Source of the DNA: an uncultured Nitrososphaeraceae archaeon
Lineage (GTDB): Archaea > Thermoproteota > Nitrososphaeria > Nitrososphaerales > Nitrososphaeraceae
Assembly (NCBI GenBank): GCA_963837175.1
Contig: CAWIMJ010000039.1
Location: forward strand, 32,001 to 96,000
Length of the DNA stretch: 64,000 nt
Reading direction: 5' to 3'
Position numbers and translations under genes: made by a program. Under the pieces are notes generated by a model. The model worked only from the letters and a program-made list of their open reading frames with translations. It was not told the DNA's origin and did no database searches. Shown here piece by piece: positions 44,196-55,709 of this stretch (its first letter is position 1; each line of letters opens with the position of its first letter).

Positions 44196-45515
44196 TCACC
44201 ATCCCAAGACCTTTGCTGACTTTAGCGCAGCATCATTTAATGCTTGCTTGGGTTCCTTAACACCAAAGTAAACCTCATCTATTGCTTGTTTTATATTATC
44301 GGCTATCTGAGAATATTCTGGTACGTTAGGTCTGCTATGTCCTACAGGGATCATCGATATCATTTCCTTATAATATGGTATGGTAGTATTCAATTGGCTT
44401 GCATAAGGACCTTCACCAATAGGCTTCTGGGTCGGAAGATATCCTTCTTTCTGCAGCATAGGAGTTAGTACATTTGGTTCAACCATTAATGTAAGTAACT
44501 CCCATGAAAGGTCTTTGTTTTTAGATGTTTCAGGGATACTGAGAATCCATCCTCCCATCATTGTAGCAGTCATATTATTTTCATTTGGTACTGGAAATAC
44601 AGGCAGCATGCCAACTCTCTGCTCAATATTAGCCCATTGATCGCGAGGAAAGGTACCAAGTAACCAAGATCCTTCTAACATTACAGCAAACTTCTTGTCA
44701 GCAAATTCTTGACCCCAAAAATGATTTATCTGAGGCTTTATACCTGCATCAATCTCTTCTTTAATAAACTCTAGTGCCTCTACACCTTGTGTACTGTTGT
44801 ACGCTGGAAACCAGTATTTACCCTTTATAGGATGTCCACTTTTCTGCTCAAGTATTTCTCCTCCAAGCATCCAAAGATAAGGGTACCACATATCTGGAGA
44901 TTGACTGGCACCGACTAAGTGCATTCCTTGTATTCCCTGACCTTTTAATGCATCGTTGAGTCGCTTTGCACTTGTAATATATCCATTCCATGTCTTCAAT
45001 GAGTTAGGATCCACGCTTGCTTGGTTCAACAGATCTTTCCAGTACCACATAGCCCTTACATCAGTCCAAGCCCAGATACCATATACTTTATCGTTATACT
45101 TACCTCCATCCCAATTAGTTTTATACCAATCCTTCTCTTTTCCCCAACTATTAGCACGTTCTGTAAGATCTGTTAGAAATCCTCCCTGAGCAAATTCTCC
45201 AAGCCAAATTTGATCTACAGATATTAGATCAATAGGCGTTCGGCCAACCATTGCTGTTAAGATTTGTGTTCTGGTAGCATCATACGGCAAAACTCTATAA
45301 TCTACATGAATATCCATATCAGGATGTTTTTCTCTTAACTTTTGCAATGCATCCTTAAACAAAATATCCCATCTTTCTTTTGGTTCTGCTACTATCGCAG
45401 TGAGGGTGACCTGTTGTTTCTGAGCCTCGATTGGAATTGTAAAACCTGGTACTAAACTAACTAATAGGACTATGGTTAACACAAGACTAGTATAAGTAAC
45501 TTTACTTATGTTCAT
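44196..45515 (-). CDS. carbohydrate ABC transporter substrate-binding protein
   Basis: Signal peptide; family-1 SBP features (WYWKDLL, FAVMLEGSW, MGGWILSI, KQALNDAA). Confidence 0.9.
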   Translation of the reverse strand: MNISKVTYTSLVLTIVLLVSLVPGFTIPIEAQKQQVTLTAIVAEPKERWDILFKDALQKLREKHPDMDIHVDYRVLPYDATRTQILTAMVGRTPIDLISVDQIWLGEFAQGGFLTDLTERANSWGKEKDWYKTNWDGGKYNDKVYGIWAWTDVRAMWYWKDLLNQASVDPNSLKTWNGYITSAKRLNDALKGQGIQGMHLVGASQSPDMWYPYLWMLGGEILEQKSGHPIKGKYWFPAYNSTQGVEALEFIKEEIDAGIKPQINHFWGQEFADKKFAVMLEGSWLLGTFPRDQWANIEQRVGMLPVFPVPNENNMTATMMGGWILSIPETSKNKDLSWELLTLMVEPNVLTPMLQKEGYLPTQKPIGEGPYASQLNTTIPYYKEMISMIPVGHSRPNVPEYSQIADNIKQAIDEVYFGVKEPKQALNDAALKSAKVLGW

Positions 45516-45952
45516 CTAGAGTCTTATGAAGTCATATTTTTTAAAAGTTGCTATATCTTTTAGCATTCTTGCATATGAATATCAAATAAAATCATAAATA
45601 AATGTTATATTTAGCATTATCAGATCAACCAAACTTTTTTTATGCAAAAATTCCTTTTAAATATACACAGTCTTGATAGTTTATCTCTATATTATAATAC
45701 GCGGGATAATTAATGGTAGAGGATTATTACCCAAATCTTCATGTTTGATAGTCATCTTGTATATAATGTTAGACTCAACACCAGATCATTGAATGAGATA
45801 GGGCTCTTTGTTCTTATGCACCTTTGTTCTTGTCAATACAATTTTTTATAGTATTTTTCAAACAAGTAATCAAGCTTGAAACAACTAACCCGTACAATGT
45901 AAGAAAATTAATATCCCTTACCAAACACACCTCTACACAGAGGGCTTTTTAT

Positions 45953-47062
45953 ATGACCAATCTTCGGATCGAAAACCTGACCAAGAAATATGGAAATATA
46001 AAAGCACTGGATGATTTTTCTTTAGAAGTAAAATCTGGTGAGTTTATGGTACTCCTTGGTCCTTCCGGTTGCGGAAAGACCACAGCTGTGAGGTGTATTG
46101 CAGGCCTTATTAGCCCCACCAATGGTCAAATATACATAGGTGATCAATTAGTCAATGACCTACCTCCGAAGGATCGAGATGTTGCAATGGTGTTCCAAAA
46201 TTATGCTCTCTATCCTCATATGAGCGTGTATGATAATATTGCATTTCCATTAAAAATGAGAAAGAAATCAAGACGGCACATAGAAGAGAAAATCAGCTAT
46301 GTAGCAGATCTGCTTGGGATAAAAGATCTTCTTAACAGAAAACCCAAAGAGATAAGCGGAGGACAGATGCAAAGAGTTGCATTAGGTAGAGCACTAGTAC
46401 GTGAACCAAAAGTCTTCCTGATGGATGAACCGCTAAGTAACCTTGACGCAAAACTTCGTATGTATATGAGAACAGAAATCAAGAAGTTGCAGAAGAAAAT
46501 AGGTATAACTACACTGTATATCACACATGATCAGATAGAAGCTATGAGTATGGCAGATAAGATTGCAGTTATGAATGGAGGTTTACTTCAACAAGTTGAT
46601 ACTCCTCAGCAAGTATACAATCAACCCGCAAATACATTCGTAGCAGGTTTTATAGGAAGTCCATCAATGAACTTCTTGGCATGCAGACTTATTGGAGGCA
46701 ATTCTATAATTCATCTTGAATCTGATAATGTTTCATTCAAATTTCCACCATATAGTACAAGAAGGACACCTCCGAACCCCTTACCCAAAAATGTGACAAT
46801 TGGGATGAGACCTAAAGATATTGTTCTTTTAGAGCATGAAAATCCTACAGATATCAACATGATGGGCCAAATAACTTTCACAGAAATGTTAGGTGATGAT
46901 TCGATAGCAGAGGTAAAGATAGGATCAAATTTAATAAAAGTTGCAAACGCAAATTCCAACTTTGATCTTAGTGTTGGTCGGGATGTCACGCTTGGAATAC
47001 CTTATAGCAAGATCCATCTTTTCGAGACAGAAACTGGAAATAGATTTTACTACAATACATAA
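45953..47062 (+). CDS. carbohydrate ABC transporter ATP-binding protein (MalK-like)
   Basis: GPSGCGKT, MVFQNYALYPHM, ISGGQMQR, FLMDEPLSNLDAKLR, TOBE-like C-terminus; likely start MTNLRIE. Confidence 0.93.
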   Translation: MTNLRIENLTKKYGNIKALDDFSLEVKSGEFMVLLGPSGCGKTTAVRCIAGLISPTNGQIYIGDQLVNDLPPKDRDVAMVFQNYALYPHMSVYDNIAFPLKMRKKSRRHIEEKISYVADLLGIKDLLNRKPKEISGGQMQRVALGRALVREPKVFLMDEPLSNLDAKLRMYMRTEIKKLQKKIGITTLYITHDQIEAMSMADKIAVMNGGLLQQVDTPQQVYNQPANTFVAGFIGSPSMNFLACRLIGGNSIIHLESDNVSFKFPPYSTRRTPPNPLPKNVTIGMRPKDIVLLEHENPTDINMMGQITFTEMLGDDSIAEVKIGSNLIKVANANSNFDLSVGRDVTLGIPYSKIHLFETETGNRFYYNT

Positions 47063-47671
47063 ACAACTAGTTGAAAGAATGATATTAAAATGCCAATCAT
47101 TTAGCCATAACAATAACAAAACATCAATTCTGATTCATCTACCAAAAATACTTACTTATGAGGAAAATTGGGTAGAAGAAGATAGTTATAACCCAGTAAA
47201 ATCTTAAGGTTCTATATAGTTGTTTGAGCAAAAAGAGAAAGAGGGAAAGAATCTAGGGGTTTTATGGGTAATACTAATGGTAGTAAAAGCAATAATGCTA
47301 CCTTGGTTAGTATAAGAGAATCTAATAGTATCTTTGTTGTTGTAGTTGTAGTAGAATAGACAGAATAAAGAAGAGAAATACAAAAATACAAATTAATAAT
47401 AAGTAAAGTTTTTTGGGGATAGATGGACAGATATTAATAATTGTTTTTTCTCCTCCTAGTAATAGCAGTTACTCATCCTTCTTCTCATTGTTCTTGTACG
47501 TGATATATAAATTAGTATAATTGCAGATGACTCCAGAATTAGGAACACAATAAGCCGAATGTTTTAAACTATAAATTTGCATTTCGATTTCCCATCATTT
47601 TCCTTAATCATTTTCAAATGCATTTTATGAAGTATAATATTCATATTATTATTAATGTATCCTTCGCATTA

Positions 47672-48820
47672 TCATGTTGTTGAATAAATAGTGTATTCAT
47701 TTTCTCCTTTTATCTCTTCAGCTATAGCATCGTTGAATGCTATAGAATTGCACAGCATTCTTAATTCAAAGATTTTAATGATATAGTCATCTATGTTTAA
47801 GAGATAAATTATCCTGTTGTTAAACAATATTCTCCCGGGCTGACTTTTATCTTCAATTATTCTGAACAATTACAATTAGCATCAAATAAGCAATTCTCTA
47901 ATATCTCCTTGAATTTGTCAACACAGAGATTATAATACCTTTTAGAATCAATAAATTTCTTGACTGTCTTGACGTAAAAGTTTTTGAATTTTTTCATCAA
48001 TTTGATGTGCTCACAGAATCCCTTTTCTCTATCACTTTTTTACTATACTCACAGACATCATTCCAAAGTTCTCTAACTTCAGGATAATGGGAATTTAGGA
48101 AATCATCAACAAGTAGAGTCAAATGCGATAGAATGCTCTTGATTTTCAATATATGTAATATTACATATGATCGGACCTTTTTTTGACTTCAATTGTTGGT
48201 AAATGATATGGCGAATTCTCCATATACCAAATAATTGGATAAATAACATGATCGAGTTCCTTAAAATGTTCTTTATATCTCTTGTAGATATCTCGTCTAA
48301 ATATGTAGCAAGGATGTCTCCAGGAGTGATAAATATAGAGTATTTTCGTCTACCTTCGCTATTTTGATCTATGAATCGGCAAATATCATCATATCCCCAT
48401 ACGTGAATATTTTCTATTTTGTTCTTGAGTTGATCTTTTATCTTATCTATTCGATCATGACTTCATGTCTTTAGAACAGATGATAGGGGAACGTTAGTTG
48501 CAAGAATATAATTGTTACATGGTTTTTGATTATTGTTTGTCATTTTGAGTAATTCATTTGTGAGATCCTTTCTAATTCTAATCCATGCCTGATCTAAATT
48601 ATATGTTGTATCGTGAAATTTTTGGCCTGAAAGATCCATGTTCCTTTTCATTGTTCTGTCTGAGATGGATAACGCCCACTGCCTTCATATGTGGCTCTCT
48701 TACACCATCAGGACCTGTACCAAAGGTAATGGTTCCTGCACCGATAATCCTTTTTAAGAGATCCTGTATAAGATGTTCAAATTCAACAGTTCCTAGTAAG
48801 TTCAAATTATAATTTGACAT
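47672..48820 (-). pseudogene. Mrr-like PD-(D/E)XK endonuclease-domain protein, degraded
   Basis: Joined frames: LGTVEFEHLIQDLLKRIIGAGTITFGTGPDG..EATYEG...WIFQAKFHD...YILATNVPLS...IHVWGYDDICRFI...FITPGDIL. Confidence 0.7.
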
Positions 48821-49249
48821 ATAGCACTTCAACTTTAGAGTTAAATACAATAAGTAGATTTATTCTGCCATCATTATCTTATAAAAATATAATCAATAAC
48901 CGCGTACATAACTAACTATTATATTGCTCTAACCGCCATTTATAACTCTAAACCTTTAAAAAATAAATCAATCATTTGTTATATAGTAGTCTTCTTTAGG
49001 AATGAGTCATCAAGAAAAAGAACGATTCGTGTATAATTTCAAATACAAAGTGTAATAGATAGTTTAGCACGGTTGAAATATGCTTTTGTTTGCTACTAAC
49101 AATATTACTAAAAATATCATAAGCCATTTCTATCGAGATTATCTTTCAAAACAAATCAGTAATAAAAGAAAACAATGAAGTTGTTTGTTATATATGCCCA
49201 TGACTGAAGATTTATTCTTGCGATAGTACGCTGAAATCATTAATCATCA

Positions 49250-50215
49250 TTATTTAAGACCATTTCTTATTTCTTCTAAAATATCTTCTTTTAGCTTTCC
49301 TACCGTTTGTTGTACCTCTTCATCTATCTTTCCTGCCTTTTCTAGCATCTGTTGTAGCTGTTCTTGTACTTTTTCATCTACTTGTGCTTCTTCTATCTTC
49401 TTTCCTTGTTTTACTGTATTTGCTGTTTTATCATCTTTTGATAGTGATGTAGTAGATTGCGGCTCTGGCTCTGGTTCTGGTTCTTCTTTCGATACATCCT
49501 TGTTTTTCTCCTCTTGCCCCTGAATAGATAGTGATGATGAAGGACCTGGAGAAGGTGTTATTGGAACAGAAGGAATTGATTCTGGACTAGTAGCTGTTGT
49601 TGTAGTCACAGTTTTAGTATCATTATTATTATCTCCCTTTGCAGGAGGCAATGTAGAAGAAGATGAAACACTACTATTACTATGATTGTTCTGTTGTTCT
49701 TCTACTGCTGCTGATGATAACTGCCTTTGGGAAGATTCCATTATTCCAGTAACATCTAAACTATAATATGTTGTTAAATTGGCAGTACCTCCATCATTAT
49801 TATTAATACACGATAATTTAGAAGTTAGATTGTTTGTTCCATTTGTAATAAGATGGTATTTATCAGTATATGTAAAATTCCATGTAGAATAATCATTTAC
49901 TCCACCACTACCAGTTGCAACAGCTTTCTGGAATGGCTTCGTATTATTCCAATCAGTATATACTGTACAATCAGTAGTTGCATTATCTGTGGATATTCCT
50001 GATATTGTAAGCTCGCCAACTGGCACCTGATTGGCAACAGGTGATGTAATCTTTATGCCCATTATTGGCGGTGGCTGCTGTTGTGGTAGTTGTAGTTGTG
50101 CTTGTACATGTGAAGCATCATAATAAACTGGAAAAGCATAATAAAGAAGAATTATTGCACCAACAACAAATAATAGTATCAGTTTTTTTAACTTGAACTG
50201 GCTAAATCCTTTCAT
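49250..50215 (-). CDS. secreted protein with one Ig-like domain, low-complexity linker and coiled-coil tail
   Basis: IKITSP...GELTISGISTDNATTDCTVY...LTSKLSC is paralogous to the repeats in 57583..58464. Confidence 0.8.
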   Translation of the reverse strand: MKGFSQFKLKKLILLFVVGAIILLYYAFPVYYDASHVQAQLQLPQQQPPPIMGIKITSPVANQVPVGELTISGISTDNATTDCTVYTDWNNTKPFQKAVATGSGGVNDYSTWNFTYTDKYHLITNGTNNLTSKLSCINNNDGGTANLTTYYSLDVTGIMESSQRQLSSAAVEEQQNNHSNSSVSSSSTLPPAKGDNNNDTKTVTTTTATSPESIPSVPITPSPGPSSSLSIQGQEEKNKDVSKEEPEPEPEPQSTTSLSKDDKTANTVKQGKKIEEAQVDEKVQEQLQQMLEKAGKIDEEVQQTVGKLKEDILEEIRNGLK

Positions 50216-50651
50216 ACCTTACTATGTTTCTATGATACTATTATTGCTTATAAGAATAGAGTTAAGAATAAAGAATATTGGATGCGGGTTTTCCTTTATA
50301 GGGTAAAATATGCTCTTCGCAAGTGCAAAAGTGGAATTCTGCTTATGAAATTCGATACTTTGAAGAACAAGAGCGCTATATAAACTCTGAATGTGAAGAT
50401 GCATACACAATGAAATTGAACATTGAGAAATGCAAAATTTAAGTTCAAGTGTGCAATTTAAAAATGACAAAAGAAGAGTTATACTAGTAGTAACTTCCGT
50501 CGAATCCGTAGAATTTCCAATTTTTGTATTATAATATTTATGGTATTTATCAAATCCAAATATTTCTTAGCTCACTAAGAAAATCTTGTTGGACGACTTA
50601 TGGATATATATTCAATATCAAAACAATATTTACTAAGCTAAAATACACAGA

Positions 50652-51068
50652 CTAAATCTTTATCTTTATAGTATCTCCTTCAATTTTAGTTTCATAGATT
50701 TCTTGATCATATGTCTTAATATGAGCCATTAGTTGTCCTGCATGTTCCAAGTACTTTTGCCATGTTTTTGGTAGTGGTTCCATTTCTTGTGAAGGTGTTA
50801 GAACAGGCTCTTTGACCTTCTTACCAGAGATAATATCAAATCTTGCTCCATGAAAAGGACATGTTATGATATTATCATTTGCTAGATTGCCCATTGAAAG
50901 TAACGCATTCATATGAGCACATCTATCATTTAATGCATAGAATTTTCCATCTATATTGGCAATTAGTAGTTCTTTTCCATTTACTTCTACATGTTTCATT
51001 TGTCTATTGGTAATTTCATTTGTTTTGGCAACCTCTACATATTCCTCATTAGTAGCACTCTTGCTCAT
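50652..51068 (-). CDS. Rieske [2Fe-2S] ferredoxin
   Basis: DRCAH and TCPFHGARFD motifs. Confidence 0.92.
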   Translation of the reverse strand: MSKSATNEEYVEVAKTNEITNRQMKHVEVNGKELLIANIDGKFYALNDRCAHMNALLSMGNLANDNIITCPFHGARFDIISGKKVKEPVLTPSQEMEPLPKTWQKYLEHAGQLMAHIKTYDQEIYETKIEGDTIKIKI

Positions 51069-51455
51069 TGTCTAACGGATAATTATATGGATATTATTGT
51101 TTATATTTGGTAGTATTATTTTCGCCTGAAATTTGACTCAAATTCATTTTATGTTTTACTACCTAGACTATGTCAATAAAAAGAAAAAATACATAAACAA
51201 AGCAACAGAACCCGTATAAATGCAGGGAACTAATCCCACCGAAGCCGTTATGATATCATAGAGAACTTGATTTTATATCAACATGTCAAGAATGGGGAAA
51301 ACTGTAAAGTATGACTACTCTTCATTCAATGGAACATATACATGCAAAATAATATCCTAAAAAGAGTACTTTTTGCCCTATCTATAGACAAAGAAGTATT
51401 ATTTGGATCGTTGGATTAATGCCTGTACCGATAGGGTCGACCCTTCCAGACTCAC

Positions 51456-51585
51456 TTATAGTAAAGCAATATGCATATCTCCTCTCCTCTGTATGAGTTC
51501 AATGAGATACTTGTCAAGTTTCTGATAGGTATCCATAGACAAGCGTACATTTCGGTATTGGACAGTTTTCTTCTTGCTTTGCCAA
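51456..51585 (-). pseudogene. small ribbon-helix-helix-like DNA-binding protein
   Basis: KKKTVQYRNVRLSMDTYQKLDKYLIELIQRRGD is a beta-strand/helix RHH pattern; the start needs a 1-nt shift. Confidence 0.5.
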
Positions 51586-51694
51586 TTAATATTATATGAT
51601 TCACATTCATTACACAAAATATGAGACCGATTTCAGACGTTGTGGTATGACGTGTAGAAGCTCTTTTGTTTGATGTCTTTATTATTTGAGAAAA

Positions 51695-51950
51695 ATGTCA
51701 GAACGAGTAGCAGATTGGAAAGCCACTATTCATAAAACCCTGATCAGATGATGGAAATCTGATAGGACGTGTTAATGCTGTGGATGATAACTCAATTCTA
51801 GTTTCAACGGAGGCTGCAAGAACACATTACAAGATACCAAAACATACTGTATAAGGTTTTGATAGACATGAGGTATCAATAAATGTACAAAAGTCAGAGC
51901 TTGAAAGATTTAAAGGTGATGCCAAAGAGGGCTTTAAGGAAGTAATGTAA
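51695..51950 (+). pseudogene. PRC-barrel-like small protein, disrupted
   Basis: MSERVADWKATIHK / SDDGNLIGRVNAVDDNSILV...HYKIPKHTV*GFDRHEV. Confidence 0.55.
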
Positions 51951-52614
51951 AAAACAAAACATACATACACACATATAAAAGCAATTTTTACGTCCCTTTC
52001 TTAAAGTATTAATAGTTATCAATTGTTAACTCAGTTTTGCAAACTTATAGATGGGTTGATGTATAAAATATTCCTCTTATATAGTATCATTGTTTAGTCA
52101 GTTTCTCTTAATTAAAGTATTAAATTTGGCAATCTGCTACTATTATTAATTCCATGCTTGCTCAAATCGATGAGTACAATTTCTATTATATTGCCAAATG
52201 AATGATACTTTAGTGTCTTTTGCCTTGAACCAAACTGACAATTCTTGCGAAAATCTATCCAGGGGTTTTGTGAATAACTACCATGAGCAAAGATTATCTT
52301 GTATTCCATATGTGTACAATTTATGTGAAGTCTGCCAAGAAAGATAGAGATCAATATTTGATTTAAAGAAATCAGTTTATCATTATCTCTTAATCCCAGA
52401 CTTCTACAATCCATTAAGACATAACTTCAAACAAATACCTTTTGTTCAAGAGAGCAACTGAGTAAGAGTAGGTTGATTTTAGATTTATCGTGCCACTGTG
52501 GGGGTCAAAACACTTTCTATGTGTGACTGTGACTGTCTGACAGAGATAGTCAAACACACTGTAACTAAAATAACCCGAGAAATACACATATAAAAAAAAT
52601 ATCATTATTATTAT

Positions 52615-53245
52615 TTCTTGACCAATGTTTGCAATAATTGCACCAGTTCTTTGGAACAGTAATCATAGTATCATGTCATGTCTTCAATTCATGGTAATCC
52701 CAGCCTTGTGACTTTGCTCTCTGAGCCATAAAATGGAAATCCTTGAATTAAGTACATGAGATATAACTTTGGGTATTCTCTGAGCTTGCATGTTGACAAT
52801 TCTTAAGGACTGATGATGAGTATGCATTAGCATGAATAATTCTAGTCTCCATCCAACTACTATCAGTAGGATTTGTCACACCCCAAACTTTTGGGTCATA
52901 AGAAGCAACTAACCATTCCTTACCATGCTCTGTTAATGCTCTATTCTTGTAAATAGATTCTAAACTAGGTATCAAATCAAAGGCACTTTTGTTATCTTCA
53001 GGTATATATGCATCAAGATAAACAAGACGGTTTAATTCTCTCAGGAACTTGTTTCTGCTACATCCTACCGATAACTAAACCTCCATAACTATGACCAACT
53101 AAAATTATTTCATTGAGATCTTCATACTTTAACACTTGAATTATATTAAGTATATGAGTATACAAATCAATATTTTTAGATACAAGATGACTTCTGTATC
53201 TAGGCCAGTAAGAGTTGGAGTATAGACATTATGACCATCTTTGCT
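52615..53245 (-). pseudogene. alpha/beta hydrolase, degraded
   Basis: GHNVYTPTLTGL, ILVGHSYGG nucleophile elbow, LVYLDAYIP, GWDYHELK..HD.MITVP. Confidence 0.78.
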
Positions 53246-53328
53246 CAGAAAAAGAAGAAAACCATATTAAGAAGTAAGAAAAGTATTTGAACAACAAAAT
53301 AAGTTATTATTATTTGTACATAATCACA

Positions 53329-53967
53329 ATGAGCCGATCTGCAAAGGAATGGTCTAATACCCAAAATGCTTTGGCATATCTAAATGTAGCCGATAATCTT
53401 CCACATCGTACAGAAGGTGAAGCTGTTTTAATTGATCATATTCCTAAAGATGCAAATCGAATACTAGATCTTGGTACAGGAGATGGACGACTAATAAAAT
53501 TGATAAAGACAGATAGACCAGATATAAAAGAAGCAGTAGCCTTAGATGTATCTCCAACCATGCTAAAAGCTGCCAAAGATCACTTTGCTAATGATTCAAA
53601 GGTTAAGATTATAGAACACGATCTTAGCTTGCCATTACCAGATCTAGACTATTTTGATGCTATTGTATCAAGTTTTGCCATTCACCACTTAAAACATGAG
53701 CGTAAGCGTTCGCTTTATGAGGAAATTTATGATATACTTAATCCAACAGGCGTCTTTTGTAATCTTGAACATGTAGCATCGCCTTCTGTAGAACTTCATG
53801 TTAGCTTTCTAAATGCCATCGTTTATACACCAAAAAAAGAGGATAAAGCTAATAGGCTACTGCCTATGGAAACACAACTAGGTTGGCTTAGAGATCTAGG
53901 ATTTGTAGATGTGGATTGCTATTGGAAATGGCTTGAGATGGCTTTGTTGATAGGATATAAGGCATAG
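53329..53967 (+). CDS. class I SAM-dependent methyltransferase
   Basis: RILDLGTGDG, LDVSPTML, FDAIVSSFAIHHL, LNPTG. Confidence 0.9.
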   Translation: MSRSAKEWSNTQNALAYLNVADNLPHRTEGEAVLIDHIPKDANRILDLGTGDGRLIKLIKTDRPDIKEAVALDVSPTMLKAAKDHFANDSKVKIIEHDLSLPLPDLDYFDAIVSSFAIHHLKHERKRSLYEEIYDILNPTGVFCNLEHVASPSVELHVSFLNAIVYTPKKEDKANRLLPMETQLGWLRDLGFVDVDCYWKWLEMALLIGYKA

Positions 53968-54284
53968 CATAGAAGGAAAATAGGTTTTAGAGAGAAAGAT
54001 AATATGAATATAACAAAAGAAAATGATTTATTGATAACAGTTAGCATGATAAATAATTTTTGAAAATGAATATGTCACAAATTTGATATACATCATTTAT
54101 GATAACAATAAGTAAAATGCTGGCTGTGTCAGGAGTCAAAATACTTTCAACGTGTACCATGTGACCAGTCACACGCTAAAAACAGATCTTCCTCAGAGAG
54201 GCACAATTATTTTAAACTTACTTTCATTTCTGGACTGTTGTGATGCTAATCAGAGAATCACTAAATGATCCAAGAGTGTCCCAC

Positions 54285-54571
54285 AAGAATTGTTGGTCCA
54301 CCAACCAGCTCGACTGCACGCTTAACAGTAGCAATATCATCTGCCAGAGAGTGGAGAGGAAGTTAACAGTGATAATACGATGTCCTACGTTCTCTAAAAT
54401 AGGAATTTCCTTGGTCGATGAAGATCCATCAGCCCATCCTCCATGAACTAGTACCGATATTTGTAGCGTTTGTTGACATACTTTGTATACCCCTGAGGTT
54501 GCATTAATGTTTATTCTTTGGAGTAGCCAACGCAAAATAAGTAGTTGATGCAAGACTAGTGGTGATTGCAA
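54285..54571 (-). pseudogene. alpha/beta hydrolase N-terminal fragment
   Basis: VLVHGGWADGSS...GHRI; off-frame LADDIATVKRAVELVGGPTILVGHS, then truncated. Confidence 0.7.
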
Positions 54572-54624
54572 TACATAGGCACAATAAAATTAAGACATTT
54601 TGGTTTATTTATTTATACCTTTAT

Positions 54625-55098
54625 TTACCTTTTGGTCCTTTTGGCTGACTTTTTTGATTTGTGTTTTTTTATATCGCCTATTTTCTTAGTCGGTTGTTTT
54701 GCTCTAGAATTAATTAGTTTTTTAGATTCGAAAATATCCTTAACTGTAGTTTGTAGTTGATTTAACTTCGATTGAATATCTTGTAGCATCTCAAATTGGC
54801 TTTGAACATGCATTTGTAATGGCGGGATCGTATCTGCCAATTTTTGTATTTGATTGGTTTGTTCTTCCAATTGTTTAGCAACATATTCTATATTTTTAGT
54901 AGAATTACTCTCAATTATAGATCCTTCTTCTTCGAATTCGCCAGGATTTTCGATACGGGTAATCTCTTCTCTTACAATTCTTCCTGGCTCATTCAATTCT
55001 ACTACCTCTTCAACTATTGCTACTTTTCCTTCATTGTCATCTTCCATATCTATTTCATCTGAATTTTGTTCAATTAGATCGTCATCTTCTGTAGACAT
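54625..55098 (-). CDS. acidic-N/basic-C coiled-coil hypothetical protein
   Basis: Glu/Asp-rich N-terminus, Gln/Leu heptads, Lys-rich tail. Confidence 0.65.
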   Translation of the reverse strand: MSTEDDDLIEQNSDEIDMEDDNEGKVAIVEEVVELNEPGRIVREEITRIENPGEFEEEGSIIESNSTKNIEYVAKQLEEQTNQIQKLADTIPPLQMHVQSQFEMLQDIQSKLNQLQTTVKDIFESKKLINSRAKQPTKKIGDIKKHKSKKSAKRTKR

Positions 55099-55143
55099 TG
55101 AATTAGAATAGACAAGATCATTAAAAATGGTTATACTTTAAGA

Positions 55144-55377
55144 CTAATCGATGAATATATTACTGATATAAGCAGTTAATTCGTCTCTTAACAGAATAAC
55201 CTTTGCTCGTTTATCTCCATCAAGATTAGTATATAGCAAAGCATCTAATCCTGCTACAAGATACTGAATATTTGGCAATGTTAGAAGGGTCTTATTATTG
55301 GAGGCTTCTTCATTTTGTTGATATATTTCTTGTGCTGCTTCTTTATTGTTAATTGATTTACTAGTATTTTTAGACAA
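55144..55377 (-). CDS. hypothetical protein
   Basis: Protein-like helical ORF. Confidence 0.45.
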   Translation of the reverse strand: MSKNTSKSINNKEAAQEIYQQNEEASNNKTLLTLPNIQYLVAGLDALLYTNLDGDKRAKVILLRDELTAYISNIFID

Positions 55378-55709
55378 AACTATATTGATATTATATTATT
55401 TTTGCTTATTATGAACTTGTTTATTATTTTATTCTCTTATCCTCTATAAAAATCAACTATCGATACCTCTCCAATTAAAGTCTAAACGCTCTGCTGATTA
55501 TGGAAACTATCTTTTCATAAATATTATGGACATGTATCCAAAGGATTCGAGTCTTAGGTATAAATTGGATAAGTTTTTCATGTAATAATACACAAAAAAT
55601 TTCTTTGTATTTCAAATATCTCTAACATAAACTATTAAAAGTAATGAATTGTCTTTCATGTAATAATAGAAATGATATCCCTAATAGGAGATCAGGCTCG
55701 AGTCATCAA

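Noticed and set aside
39424-46989. Many 60-120 aa ORFs antisense to kinase and transporter genes
   Set aside because: Shadow ORFs on the opposite strand of well-supported genes
50280-50460. Possible structured ncRNA upstream of the Ig-like gene
   Set aside because: Only short scattered inverted matches (ttgaac/gttcaa) and no recognisable RNA family motif
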